Positions 63,954-64,000 of a stretch of DNA of 64,000 nt are shown here, one piece after another. The stretch's first letter is position 1. The number at the start of each line of letters is the position of its first letter. Source of the DNA: Acanthaster planci (lineage: Eukaryota). Position numbers and translations under genes: made by a program. The stretch is taken from positions 3,156,535 to 3,220,534 of the forward strand of contig NW_019091358.1 in NCBI RefSeq assembly GCF_001949145.1, read 5' to 3'. The notes beneath the pieces were generated by a model. It was not told where the DNA came from. It saw only the letters and a list, made by a program, of their open reading frames with translations, and did no database searches.

Positions 63954-64000
63954 CTGAAGTTGAGAATAAAACACAGGCAAGAGATTGCTTAAACAAAATG

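Overview
This is eukaryotic, AT-rich, repeat-dense DNA with spliceosomal introns and three N-gaps. The repeat types suggest a marine invertebrate, possibly an echinoderm (inference only). Host genes: (i) a minus-strand cluster of single-exon secreted C-type-lectin + PAN/Apple genes, with two intact copies (51170-51898, 55571-56329) and two pseudogenes on a duplicated segment; (ii) the last three coding exons of a protein tyrosine phosphatase-domain gene (63953 to 60401) whose WPD and Q loops are degenerate, so it is probably a pseudophosphatase; (iii) an isolated, decayed terminal exon of NKAP. Mobile DNA: a decayed spliced SAP-SWIM-YqaJ exonuclease gene (ISL2EU-type accessory ORF); a Penelope-like 3' end with a hammerhead-ribozyme core; a LINE RT fragment; tRNA-derived SINEs; a Crypton-like fragment; a foldback/MULE-type element with a 9-bp TSD; several MITEs; and a four-level nest (74-bp satellite > MITE > Gypsy with tRNA-Ser PBS and ATTG TSD > 16-bp minisatellite). 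No prokaryotic systems or CRISPR arrays are supported. All family calls come from motif recognition by eye; no searches were run.
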